DNA from: Candidatus Azobacteroides sp.
GTDB taxonomy: Bacteria > Bacteroidota > Bacteroidia > Bacteroidales > WRGA01
Direction of reading: 5' to 3'
Assembly: GCA_009787405.1 (NCBI GenBank)
Contig: WRGA01000119.1
Span: 328 to 64,327 of the forward strand
Length of the DNA stretch: 64,000 nucleotides
The notes under the pieces were generated by a model. It saw only the letters and a program-made list of their open reading frames with translations. It was not told the origin of the DNA and searched no databases. The position numbers and the translations under genes are program-made. Shown piece by piece: positions 35,559-45,229 of the stretch. Within the stretch, counting starts at the first letter, position 1, and each line of letters opens with the position of its first letter.

Positions 35559-36323
35559 TTAAACAGGTGAAGACAGAAATTGTTCCAAACTTTCGGGTGA
35601 CAACCTTAAATTCAGTTGTCCTTGATAAGCCACTGAGATGTACCCGGTTTCTTCCGATACGACAATGGCTTTGGCGTCGGTTTCCTGAGAAATTCCCAAC
35701 GCGGCCCGATGCCTGAGCCCCAATTCTTTGGGAATATGAGCATTGTGCGATAATGGCAGCACACAGCCTGTCGACCGTATTTTTCCGTATGCGATGATCA
35801 TGGCCCCGTCGTGTAAGGGACTGTTTTTGAAGAAAATGTTTTCGATCAGACGGGTTTTGATTTCGGCATTTATTTTTTCTCCCGTTTTTTCGTATGTTTC
35901 CAAACTGATCCCGTTTTCAATGACGATTAAAGCGCCTGTTTTTGTCCGGGACATGTTCATGCAGGCCAAAACAATTGCCGTTAAATAACCGGTGTCTTTT
36001 TCCGGATTTTTTTGAAGCGAAAAATAGCGCGCAAAAAACTGCCATCGTCGGTGAGAACCGATGTCCACGAGAAAACGGCGGATTTCATCCTGAAAAAGAA
36101 TCACCAGAATAATGGCGCCCACACTGACCAATTTATCCAAAATGGCGCCCATCAACGGTAAATCCAGAATGTGGGTGATAATCACCCATATCGCCATAAA
36201 AGCCAATACGCCCACAAACAAGTTAAAAACTCCGGACATTTTCATCAATCTGTACACATAATACAGAAACAGGGCGACCAAAAATATATCTAAAGCATCT
36301 TTTATGCCGAAAGGAACAAACAT
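35559..36323 (-). CDS. cdaA: diadenylate cyclase CdaA (c-di-AMP synthase)
   Basis: It has three N-terminal TM helices. DAC-domain blocks are TGALIVIE, DGAMII and RHRAALGISQETDAKAIVVSEETGYISV. It lies directly downstream of folP, as is usual in Bacteroidetes. Confidence 0.9.
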   Translation of the reverse strand: MFVPFGIKDALDIFLVALFLYYVYRLMKMSGVFNLFVGVLAFMAIWVIITHILDLPLMGAILDKLVSVGAIILVILFQDEIRRFLVDIGSHRRWQFFARYFSLQKNPEKDTGYLTAIVLACMNMSRTKTGALIVIENGISLETYEKTGEKINAEIKTRLIENIFFKNSPLHDGAMIIAYGKIRSTGCVLPLSHNAHIPKELGLRHRAALGISQETDAKAIVVSEETGYISVAYQGQLNLRLSPESLEQFLSSPV

Positions 36324-36406
36324 CTTAATTTAAGTTGAAAATAAAAGTAATACGTTTCGGATAGGATCATATCCCGGATCTTCTCCATCGCTTTGAATCA
36401 ATTTGT

Positions 36407-37258
36407 TCATGCACTGTTCACTGTGCACTCACGTGTTGTGCATCCGACTATTTTCACCGCTTCCGCCGCCTCTTTTACATCGTGTACCCGCAAAATATGC
36501 GCACCCGACATCAACGCGACAGTATTGAGCACGGTGGTTCCGTTGAGGCTTTCTTCGGGTGTCGTGCCCGATAATTTATAAATCATGGATTTTCGGGATA
36601 TACCGACCAATAACGGATGGTCAAATATACGAAAATAGTTCAAATATTTCATCAGGGTATAATTTTGTTCCAAATTTTTGGAGAATCCGAAACCCGGATC
36701 AACGATAATGTCGTTGACTCCGAGAAGTTGCAACCGGTTGATTTTTTTCGAAAAATACAAAAAAACATCCCGGATAAAATGTTCGTACCGGGTATGTTGC
36801 TGCATGGTTTGAGGCGTACCTTGCATGTGCATCAGTATGTACGGAACCTGAAGTCCGGCAATGGTTTCAAACATTTTCGGATCCATTTCTCCGCCTGAAA
36901 TATCATTGATGACGGCCGCTCCAAATTCTTTTACGCATCGTTCGGCTATTCCGGCCCGGAAGGTATCGATCGAGATAAAAGCATCGGGATGTTCCTTCAA
37001 AATAATGGTTAAAGCAAACGACAACCGTTTCATTTCTTCGTTTTCCGAAATATGCCCGGCATTCGGACGGGAAGAGTAGGCGCCGACGTCGATGATGCTT
37101 CCGCCTTCGGATAAAATTCGCCTTGCTCCGGCCGAAACAGCTTCTTCCGTCTGAACCCGGCTGCCGGGATAAAAAGAATCGGGTGTTATGTTTAAAATGC
37201 CCATGACCAAAGGCGTGGACAGGTCGATTAAGTTTCCTTTCAGATTGATTGAATACAT
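36407..37258 (-). CDS. folP: dihydropteroate synthase
   Basis: Pterin-binding domain blocks are present: GILNITPDSFYPGS, IIDVGAYSSRPNA, SIDTFRA, INDISGG and DPGFGFSK. Confidence 0.92.
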   Translation of the reverse strand: MYSINLKGNLIDLSTPLVMGILNITPDSFYPGSRVQTEEAVSAGARRILSEGGSIIDVGAYSSRPNAGHISENEEMKRLSFALTIILKEHPDAFISIDTFRAGIAERCVKEFGAAVINDISGGEMDPKMFETIAGLQVPYILMHMQGTPQTMQQHTRYEHFIRDVFLYFSKKINRLQLLGVNDIIVDPGFGFSKNLEQNYTLMKYLNYFRIFDHPLLVGISRKSMIYKLSGTTPEESLNGTTVLNTVALMSGAHILRVHDVKEAAEAVKIVGCTTRECTVNSA

Positions 37259-37331
37259 TATCGGTCGGATTTGTCGTTGATGTCATGCATGATGAAAGAG
37301 TGATTTTTGAGACAGCTTTTTTCGGTTATAA

Positions 37332-37862
37332 TTATAATCCGAGTATCTGCTTTTTCTTTAAATCAAATTCTTCCGGAGTGATAATCCCTTTTTCTTTCAT
37401 TGATGCCAGATATTCCAAGTCTTCCAAATCGGCGGACGCTTGCGGTTGAATAACAATCGGTTGTGTCGAATGAGTTGCTTTTATCCTTTGCTCGTTGATT
37501 TTGTAAGCCAGATTTTCGCCGATGTGCCGTTTTCCTATCCGCGAAAAACGGAGCGATTCGGCGGGCGTTTCTATGATCAATTCGGAGACGGCCGCTCCTT
37601 TATTATAGGTTACACCGATTATGTCTTTAAATAAAATATTTTTTCTCAAAATAGTCCTGAATATGGTGTTTGCCGTAAAAATCACCTGCTTATCGGTCAG
37701 TGTCAGCGCACCTCTTCTATTTCCCACATTGCAGGGAGTGACAAATAAAACGTTTTCGTCGGGCAATAACGACTTAAGCATCGATTTGATGGAGTATTTG
37801 GGTTTGAAAGCATTGATATGTCCGTGGTATACTCCGGGTTTTAAAAGTTGTTTTGGATCCAT
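37332..37862 (-). CDS. PH-like domain protein with a C-terminal SHOCT domain
   Basis: The C-terminus LASMKEKGIITPEEFDLKKKQILGL matches the SHOCT motif. The N-terminal part is GRAM/PH-like (ALTLTDKQVIF...). Confidence 0.5.
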   Translation of the reverse strand: MDPKQLLKPGVYHGHINAFKPKYSIKSMLKSLLPDENVLFVTPCNVGNRRGALTLTDKQVIFTANTIFRTILRKNILFKDIIGVTYNKGAAVSELIIETPAESLRFSRIGKRHIGENLAYKINEQRIKATHSTQPIVIQPQASADLEDLEYLASMKEKGIITPEEFDLKKKQILGL

Positions 37863-37878
37863 GTCGGTTATTTTTTTA

Positions 37879-37886
37879 CAAATATA
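37879..37886 (-). promoter_or_regulatory. TAnnTTTG box (TATATTTG on the minus strand) upstream of 37332..37862
   Basis: The plus strand reads caaatata, an exact motif match 17 nt upstream of the ATG at 37862. Confidence 0.3.
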
Positions 37887-38025
37887 CCGAAAGCTTTTGA
37901 GATGAGATGCCGGATGTATCCGAAAAATGAATTCTTCAATTTATTCGTGAATGGAAACGGTTGAAATATTTGCTCTTACACGTTCTATTTTCGGGTATTT
38001 TTCGTTATGGATTCAAATAAAATCA

Positions 38026-38033
38026 TACTTTTG
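38026..38033 (+). promoter_or_regulatory. TAnnTTTG box (TACTTTTG) upstream of ppdK
   Basis: This is an exact motif match, about 100 nt before the ATG at 38131. Confidence 0.35.
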
Positions 38034-38130
38034 CAAATGCTTTAAACTTTTGATAAATAATAGCGTTTTTCTTGGATGAGTATGTTTTAATGATACAAAA
38101 TAAACACAATTAAAAATTAACGTAACGATT

Positions 38131-40854
38131 ATGGAAAACAAAAGAGTCTATACTTTCGGTAACGGTAAGGCCGAAGGTAAAGCGGACATGAGAAATTTAC
38201 TCGGCGGAAAAGGAGCCAATCTGGCTGAAATGAATTTGATCGGAGTGCCTGTACCTCCCGGATTTACGATTACGACGGAAATGTGTACCGAATATAATCG
38301 ATCGGGAAAAGACGCTGTGGTGAATTTGCTTAAACCTGAAGTTGAAAAGGCGATCGCTTATATCGAAAAATCAATGAATTGCAAATTCGGAGACAAAGAC
38401 AATCCGTTATTGGTTTCGGTACGTTCGGGATCGAGAGTTTCAATGCCGGGAATGATGGATACTGTTTTGAATCTCGGATTGAATGACGAAGCGGTGGAAG
38501 GCATCGCCAAAAAATCGGGAAACGACCGTTTTGCCTGGGACAGTTACCGTCGTTTTATACAAATGTACGGCGACGTGGTTTTGGGAATGAAACCGAAAAC
38601 CAAAGAAGATATAGATCCTTTCGAGGAAATCATGGAACATGTCAAAAAAACCAAAGATATAGAATTGGATACTGATCTGACGGTGGATGATTTGAAAGAA
38701 CTGGTCAAAAAATTTAAGGCGGCCGTAAAAAAACGAACCGGAAACGATTTTCCCGTCAGTCCGTGGGAACAACTTTGGGGTGCGGTTTGCGCGGTATTCG
38801 ACAGTTGGATGAACGAACGTGCGGTGGTGTATCGCCGCATGTATCAAATTCCCGAAGAATGGGGTACTGCCGTAAACGTACAAGCGATGGTTTTCGGAAA
38901 CATGGGGCAGACATCGGCTACGGGTGTTGCTTTTACTCGTGATGCAGCTACCGGCGAAGATATTTTCAACGGTGAATATTTGATTAATGCTCAAGGTGAA
39001 GATGTGGTTGCCGGTATTCGCACGCCTCAGCAAATCACAACCGAAGGAGCGCGCCGTTGGGCCTTGTTGCAAGGCATTCCGGAAGAAGAGCGGAAAGCGA
39101 AATATCCGTCTTTGGAAGAGGCAATGCCCAAATGTGCAAAAGAATTGATCGAGACACAGCAAAAGCTCGAAGATTATTTCAAAGATATGCAGGATCTTGA
39201 ATTTACGATTCAAGACAACAAATTGTGGTTGTTGCAGACTCGGAACGGAAAACGCACGGGTGCGGCCATGGTGCGTATTGCCGTGGAAATGTTGCAACAA
39301 GGCATCATTGACGAAAAAACAACTTTGTTGCGGATGGAAGCTCAAAAATTGGATGAATTATTGCATCCGGTTTTTGACGAAAAGGCTGTGAAAAGCGCCG
39401 AAGTCATGGCTAAAGGTCTTCCGGCGTCTCCCGGTGCGGCGACGGGAAAAATCGTTTTCTTTGCCGATGATGCTGTGGCATGGAACGAAAAACGCAAAAG
39501 AGTGATTTTGGTACGGATCGAAACTTCGCCCGAAGACCTCAGCGGAATGGATGCCGCTCAAGGTATTTTGACGGCTCGCGGAGGTATGACTTCGCATGCT
39601 GCCGTGGTTGCCCGCGGTATGGGTAAATGTTGTGTTTCGGGTGCCGGTGAAATTAAAGTGGATTATAAAAAACGTACCGTGGAAATGGGCGGTAAAGTCT
39701 ATAACGAAGGGGATTGGATTTCTTTGAACGGTTCTACCGGCGATGTTTACGACGGTCAGGTGGATACGATGGATCCTGATTTAAGCGGTGATTTCGGAAA
39801 AATCATGGAATTGGCCGAAAAATATACGCACATGGATGTCCGCACCAATGCCGATACCCCGAAAGATGCCGTGGTTGCCCGCAAATTCGGTGCAAAAGGG
39901 ATCGGTCTTTGCCGTACCGAACACATGTTTTTCGAAGGTGACCGGATCAAGGCCATGCGGGAAATGATTCTGGCGAAAGATATCGAAGGGCGTAAAGAAG
40001 CTTTGAAAAAACTGCTTCCGATGCAACGCAGCGACTTTGAAGGTATTTTTGAAGTAATGGACGGATTTGGTGTCACCATTCGTTTGTTGGATCCGCCTCT
40101 GCATGAATTTGTTCCTCATCAATTGGCCACTCAAAAAGAATTGGCCGAAGAGATGGGAATGACTCTCGATGAAATAAAACGTGCCGTAGATGATTTGGAA
40201 GAATTTAATCCGATGCTGGGACACCGTGGTTGCCGTTTGGGAAATACGTATCCCGAAATCACCGGAATGCAGGCCCGTGCCATTATCGAAGCCGCATTGA
40301 ACGTTCAAGCCAAGGGAATCAAGCTTCTTCCCGAGATCATGGTTCCGTTGGTGGGTACGGTGGAAGAGCTTAAGTTGCAGTCGGATATCATTCGTCGGAC
40401 AGCCGAAAAAGTTTTTGCCGAAAAAGGCAGTCGGGTCGAATACAAAATCGGAACGATGATCGAGATTCCGCGTGCTGCGGTTACTGCCGATAAGATTGCG
40501 CAATATGCCGATTTCTTTTCGTTCGGTACCAATGATTTGACGCAAATGACTTTCGGTTATTCCCGTGATGATGCCGGCAAATTTTTGAAAGTTTACCGCG
40601 AAATCGGAATTTTGAAATATGATCCGTTTGAAATTCTGGATCAGGAGGGGGTGGGTTCATTAATCAAAATCGCCGTGGAAAAAGGCCGCTCGACCAAACC
40701 GAACCTGAAAGTCGGTATTTGCGGCGAACATGGCGGCGAACCGTCTTCCGTGAAATTCTGCGCAAGCCTGGGCATGAATTATGTGAGTTGTTCGCCTTTC
40801 CGTGTGCCGATTGCACGTGTGGCGGCGGCTCAGGCGGCGATTGAAAAGAAGTGA
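38131..40854 (+). CDS. ppdK: pyruvate, phosphate dikinase
   Basis: Length is 907 aa. It has an ATP-grasp N-domain, the phospho-His motif GGMTSHAAVVARGMG, and PEP/pyruvate-domain blocks CRTEHMF, FFSFGTNDLTQ and CGEHGG. Confidence 0.96.
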   Translation: MENKRVYTFGNGKAEGKADMRNLLGGKGANLAEMNLIGVPVPPGFTITTEMCTEYNRSGKDAVVNLLKPEVEKAIAYIEKSMNCKFGDKDNPLLVSVRSGSRVSMPGMMDTVLNLGLNDEAVEGIAKKSGNDRFAWDSYRRFIQMYGDVVLGMKPKTKEDIDPFEEIMEHVKKTKDIELDTDLTVDDLKELVKKFKAAVKKRTGNDFPVSPWEQLWGAVCAVFDSWMNERAVVYRRMYQIPEEWGTAVNVQAMVFGNMGQTSATGVAFTRDAATGEDIFNGEYLINAQGEDVVAGIRTPQQITTEGARRWALLQGIPEEERKAKYPSLEEAMPKCAKELIETQQKLEDYFKDMQDLEFTIQDNKLWLLQTRNGKRTGAAMVRIAVEMLQQGIIDEKTTLLRMEAQKLDELLHPVFDEKAVKSAEVMAKGLPASPGAATGKIVFFADDAVAWNEKRKRVILVRIETSPEDLSGMDAAQGILTARGGMTSHAAVVARGMGKCCVSGAGEIKVDYKKRTVEMGGKVYNEGDWISLNGSTGDVYDGQVDTMDPDLSGDFGKIMELAEKYTHMDVRTNADTPKDAVVARKFGAKGIGLCRTEHMFFEGDRIKAMREMILAKDIEGRKEALKKLLPMQRSDFEGIFEVMDGFGVTIRLLDPPLHEFVPHQLATQKELAEEMGMTLDEIKRAVDDLEEFNPMLGHRGCRLGNTYPEITGMQARAIIEAALNVQAKGIKLLPEIMVPLVGTVEELKLQSDIIRRTAEKVFAEKGSRVEYKIGTMIEIPRAAVTADKIAQYADFFSFGTNDLTQMTFGYSRDDAGKFLKVYREIGILKYDPFEILDQEGVGSLIKIAVEKGRSTKPNLKVGICGEHGGEPSSVKFCASLGMNYVSCSPFRVPIARVAAAQAAIEKK

Positions 40855-40898
40855 CAACGTTTTTCTTTTTAGGAAAATAAAGATGATTTTTTAGTCGG

Positions 40899-40940
40899 AA
40901 AGGCTGTTTCTCGAAACAAGAAACAGCCTTTTCAATTTTA
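40899..40940 (+). terminator. rho-independent-type terminator of ppdK
   Basis: aaaggctgtttct-cgaaaca-agaaacagccttt forms a 13-bp perfect stem followed by tcaatttta. Confidence 0.75.
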
Positions 40941-41124
40941 CTTGTGCAGTATTACATCCGAGATGGTCAGATATAAATCGGATAAACAAATCATCCGTCT
41001 TTATTTCCTGACTTTGACACTTTAAAAAAATAGTTTGTAAAATTACATTACAAATACAAACATCGATATCAATGGCAACGGAGGATCGTTTTTTTTGGAA
41101 AAACGATCTTCCGTTTAATAAAAC

Positions 41125-41151
41125 AAAATCCCGGCATGGTACCGGGATTTT
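41125..41151 (-). terminator. hairpin terminator downstream of 41173..41658
   Basis: aaaatcccgg-catggta-ccgggatttt forms a 10-bp stem and is followed by a T-rich run on the minus strand. Confidence 0.6.
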
Positions 41152-41172
41152 GAAATAAAATATAATCGACTA

Positions 41173-41658
41173 TCATTCCGAATCAGGAATATTTTTTACT
41201 ACTTTAATAAAACGTCCTTTTTCAATTTGCTCTTCGGTAGGTGAAGATACGTCAAATACAAGTTGGCCGTTATACCGGACTTTTGTACAAATAGTATAGT
41301 TTTCACCTCGTTTCATTTCTGTCCTGACAGTATCAGTTCCCAAACTTCCAAGATTAACCAATGTTTCTCCATTATAGTCAATGTCATTAGGGAACAAACT
41401 CATTACAGGATAACCATAATCTGTATAAAAGAAAAAGGCATTGCGTGCACGCTCTTTTTCGCCTGCTACGACATAATCAATACTTATATCATTAGTAATA
41501 ACTAAACCCGTCGAATCAACAGTGAAAATATTATCACCCTTTTGATCTACAAACAGTATATTTATTGCGGTGTCAATTACTACACAACAATCTTCCCTTT
41601 GTTTACAAGATGGGAACAAAAGAATTATCGACACAATAACTTGAATTATTATTTTCAT
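41173..41658 (-). CDS. small lipoprotein of unknown function
   Basis: The signal and lipobox-like N-terminus reads MKIIIQVIVSIILLFPSC. The body looks beta-rich. Confidence 0.55.
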   Translation of the reverse strand: MKIIIQVIVSIILLFPSCKQREDCCVVIDTAINILFVDQKGDNIFTVDSTGLVITNDISIDYVVAGEKERARNAFFFYTDYGYPVMSLFPNDIDYNGETLVNLGSLGTDTVRTEMKRGENYTICTKVRYNGQLVFDVSSPTEEQIEKGRFIKVVKNIPDSE

Positions 41659-41757
41659 AATTTATATATAAGCATACTAACAATTTGTATATTAATATTC
41701 GTCGTTTCTATGAAATATCCCGAGGCAGACCGGATGGATTTTTTTTGATGAAAAATA

Positions 41758-42350
41758 TTAACGTTTTATGACAACCATTTTAGTGCGATAATTAAATGTA
41801 AATTCTCCGGGATCAAAATTGTCAAAAGCATAAAAACCATTATATGAGCCATTATACCATCCCCAATTCATGCTTAAAGACAATGTTGAATAGCTTGAAC
41901 CTCCGATTCCGGTTGAGTTTAATGCCCTTAATGCTTCTACAGCCGTAGTGCTTGTATAATTAATCTTTATATAGCCGTCACAAACCCAAGCATGACCATC
42001 ACTATAAACACCAAATATCCACCGGCCGGTAGCACGTCCTCCTGATAAAATAACAGGGCGTTTTGCATTCAATTCATTTACCACGGTTGCATAATTATAA
42101 TCTGAACAAACAGCATAAGAATAACCATAATTTTTTAATATTGAACATACATTTTCCGTCTTTGCACTTGATGCATCGCAATCATATTATATGAATTCGG
42201 GTATTGATAATACTTCATTATTTGTGCAGTTGCTACCGCAACACAACCAACCGGAGGTTTTCCATATATTTTTTCAAGGGTATTGTTAATCTTATGTAGA
42301 TTTAAAATAAAAACCTTACTCTCTAAAAGTCCCCTTAGCAGCCGATACAA
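41758..42350 (-). pseudogene. peptidase C10 (streptopain-like cysteine protease) remnant, N-terminally truncated and frameshifted
   Basis: The catalytic-Cys block GCVAVATAQIMKYYQYPNSYN lies in ORF 42135..42350. The His block DGHAWVCDGY lies in ORF 41758..42084, in a different frame. No pro-domain is found upstream. Confidence 0.7.
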
Positions 42351-42602
42351 TGTGAACCAAACCCTTATTTAAATACAATAAATGTTGATAAAATCCCCTG
42401 AAATAAGCGAATAAGGGCAGAAATTAGCCCGGATTACCGGGCTACTAGGGGAACTATGAAACAAAGGTGTCTATATCTATTTAACAATGCCCTTTCAAGC
42501 CGGCTTGTTCAGCCGTTCTGCCTATTATCTCTGTCATAATTTTGTTTTTATAGCTCGTGGTAAAGATATAAAAAATGTCGATATAGCGAGATAAAATGTT
42601 TT

Positions 42603-42647
42603 ATAACTCGCTGAATCGATATAAAAATAACAGATTCAGCGAATTAT
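42603..42647. promoter_or_regulatory. 15-bp inverted repeat upstream of the metal ATPase/Fur operon (candidate operator)
   Basis: ataactcgctgaatc (42603-42617) pairs with gattcagcgaattat (42633-42647) at 14 of 15 positions. A degenerate direct copy of the left half lies about 55 nt upstream. Confidence 0.35.
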
Positions 42648-42746
42648 AACAAGATATGATTTGTTTTTATAATCTTTGCAAAATCAAAAAAAACGGGCAG
42701 TGATTTTATTTCAGACAAGTTCGATGATTTGTCCTATCGAAAAAAA

Positions 42747-44693
42747 ATGCAATCCGATTGCACTTTTTGGGCATTATCTTTGTTTTTATTATTAATAGGG
42801 ATGAACATCATGAAGTTACCTCTTAACGATAAAAAGTTTATTTTTTTGCTGACGGCGGTTTTAATTTCCGTGGTGTTGGAAATATTGTCGCTTGCGGATG
42901 TTAAAATTCCGATGCCGTATGCACCGTTTGTATTTGCCGTTTTTATTCTGGGAATAGGATACGAGGTGTTGTGGGGAGGATTGAAGGCGTTGGGCAAATT
43001 GAATTTCGGCAGCATCAATTTATTGATGTTAATTGCCGTTTGTGCGGCTTTTTATTTAGGTGAATATTCTGAAGCGGCGGTTGTCATTGTATTGTTTGTG
43101 CTTGGGGAGAGATTGGAGGACATCGGCATCGGAAACAGTATGTCGGCTCTGGACAATTTGACAAGTAAAGCGCCGAAAACCGCATGGGTGAAATCGGCCG
43201 GAGAGTTGTTGCCCATTGATACGATTGTTCCGGGTACGATCATTCAAATCAAGCCGCATGATTTGATTCCGTTGGACGGGATTGTGGAGTCGGGGGAAAC
43301 CTCCGTTGATGAATCGTCCATTACCGGAGAGCCGATTCCGAACAATAAAATTCCGGGTGACACCGTTTTTGCGGGAACATTGAACAAAAACGGTTTTATC
43401 GAAGTAAAAACAACCAAGACGGCGAATGACACGACATTTGCAAAGATCGTCGAATTGACGTATGAGGCGCAAAGTAATAAGTCGGATGCACAGAAATTCA
43501 TTCAGCGGTTTGCCTCGATTTATACGCCGGTCATTATTGTGTTGGCTGTTTTGATTTTTGTGATTCCCGTTTTTGTTTTCGGCTTGGATGTCGATCATTG
43601 GTTGAAACAGGCGGTTACATTATTGGTGATTTCTTGTCCGTGCGCATTGGTGATTTCCATTCCCGTCGCTGTGTATGCCGCGATCGGAAATGCTTCTGCC
43701 GGAGGCGCTTTGATCAAGGGCGGGAAATATTTGGAAACTATGGGGGCGGTGCGTGTCGTCGGAATGGATAAAACGCGGACGATTACTTACGGGAATCCGG
43801 TGGTGTCGGATGTCATTCCGTTGAACGGAACAAGCCGGGAAGAACTTTTAGCTTGCAGCGCCGGGACGGAATTGTTTTCCGAGCATCCTTTGGCACAGGC
43901 CATTGTAGATGCGTCGAATAGGGAAGGATATAAGCCGCATGTGGCCGGACAGTTTGAAAGTGTCGTCGGAAAAGGAACCAAGGCCGTTTGTTCGATCTGT
44001 GATCACAGTTCCGTGTTGGTCGGTAAACCGGATTTTATTCGTCAACATCATGTGATTGAAAAGGACGTGGAGGATATTATCGAAAGACTTTCCGCTCAAG
44101 GAAAAACTTGTGTTGTGGTGAGTTGTAATCATGAAATCACAGGAGTGATCGCATTGACGGATGAAATCAAACCCGAAAGCGGCGAGGTGATCCGGCAATT
44201 GAAATCATTGGGCGTTGATTCGGTGGTGATTACGGGCGATAATAACCGGGCCGCTCATCATGTTGCGTCTCAATTGGGTGTGGATGCGGTTTATAGTGAA
44301 TTGCTCCCGCAAGATAAAGTGGAAATTATCAAGAAATTACAGTCCGAATATAAATACGTGGCCATGGTGGGCGACGGTGTGAATGATGCCCCCGCGCTGG
44401 CGGAAGCGGATGTCGGTATTGCCATGGGCGCCGCAGGAAGCGATACGGCCATTGAAATTGCCGATATTGCACTGATGAACGACAAATTGTCGTTGATTCC
44501 TTTTTTGATCCGTTTGGGACGTAAAACGACTCGAATCATCAAAGGAAATACCATCGGGGCTATTGCCGTGAAAATTATTTTCATTCTGCCGGCCTTTTTC
44601 GGATCCGGTAATTTGGTGCTTGCCATCACAGCCGATGTGGGCGTGACGCTGGCAGTTATTTTGATCAGTTTGAGGCTGATGAATTTTAAATGA
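42747..44693 (+). CDS. heavy-metal-translocating P1B-type ATPase (Zn/Cd/Co-type), lacking an N-terminal HMA domain
   Basis: Motifs present are ITGEP, the CPC motif (SCPCALVIS), SEHPLAQAI and GDGVNDAPAL. The phosphorylation motif reads DKTRT instead of DKTGT. The start is uncertain (ATG at 42747, or the TTG at 42729 used by the track). Confidence 0.85.
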   Translation: MQSDCTFWALSLFLLLIGMNIMKLPLNDKKFIFLLTAVLISVVLEILSLADVKIPMPYAPFVFAVFILGIGYEVLWGGLKALGKLNFGSINLLMLIAVCAAFYLGEYSEAAVVIVLFVLGERLEDIGIGNSMSALDNLTSKAPKTAWVKSAGELLPIDTIVPGTIIQIKPHDLIPLDGIVESGETSVDESSITGEPIPNNKIPGDTVFAGTLNKNGFIEVKTTKTANDTTFAKIVELTYEAQSNKSDAQKFIQRFASIYTPVIIVLAVLIFVIPVFVFGLDVDHWLKQAVTLLVISCPCALVISIPVAVYAAIGNASAGGALIKGGKYLETMGAVRVVGMDKTRTITYGNPVVSDVIPLNGTSREELLACSAGTELFSEHPLAQAIVDASNREGYKPHVAGQFESVVGKGTKAVCSICDHSSVLVGKPDFIRQHHVIEKDVEDIIERLSAQGKTCVVVSCNHEITGVIALTDEIKPESGEVIRQLKSLGVDSVVITGDNNRAAHHVASQLGVDAVYSELLPQDKVEIIKKLQSEYKYVAMVGDGVNDAPALAEADVGIAMGAAGSDTAIEIADIALMNDKLSLIPFLIRLGRKTTRIIKGNTIGAIAVKIIFILPAFFGSGNLVLAITADVGVTLAVILISLRLMNFK

Positions 44694-44721
44694 GAGTCAA
44701 GAATCAGAAGTTAGGAAATTT

Positions 44722-45150
44722 ATGGAATCGGGATGTGACGGGGAAAAACCGGTTTTGGAAAAATTGGAATATCGGGGGATAAAACCCACCGCCATGCGTA
44801 TTTTGGTATTGAAAATTCTGTTGAAACAGGAATATGCCGTCAGTTTAAACGATTTGGAAACACAGTTTGAAAACGTTGACCGGGTAACGTTGTTCCGAAC
44901 TTTGAAAACGTTTGAGGAACATCGTTTGATTCATCGGGTCGACGATGGTACGGGAATGATTAAATATGCGTTGTGCAGCGACGATTGTGACTGTGATCTG
45001 GAGGATTTGCATATTCATTTTCATTGTGTCAAATGTAAAAAAACGTATTGTATGGTTAACAATGATATTCCGAATATTCAGTTGCCCGTTCGTTTTAAAA
45101 TCCGGGAAGTAAATGTTATCATTAAAGGGTTGTGCGAAAAATGTTCTTAG
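44722..45150 (+). CDS. Fur-family metalloregulator (Zur-like by context)
   Basis: It has a winged-helix region (PTAMRILVLKIL...VTLFRTLKTFEEHRLIHRV) and Cys pairs (HCVKCKK...GLCEKC). It lies 28 nt after the ATPase. Confidence 0.8.
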   Translation: MESGCDGEKPVLEKLEYRGIKPTAMRILVLKILLKQEYAVSLNDLETQFENVDRVTLFRTLKTFEEHRLIHRVDDGTGMIKYALCSDDCDCDLEDLHIHFHCVKCKKTYCMVNNDIPNIQLPVRFKIREVNVIIKGLCEKCS

Positions 45151-45229
45151 TTTATAAATAAAGTAAACAAATTATGAATCAATCAATTACAATTTGAATT
45201 TGCGGTCGATTACCAAATTAAAATAAAGC

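Noticed and set aside
38440-40545. Long antisense ORFs (38440..39345 and 39781..40545) within ppdK
   Set aside because: ppdK is unambiguous on the plus strand. The antisense translations are repetitive (F/R/H/Q-rich) and not protein-like.
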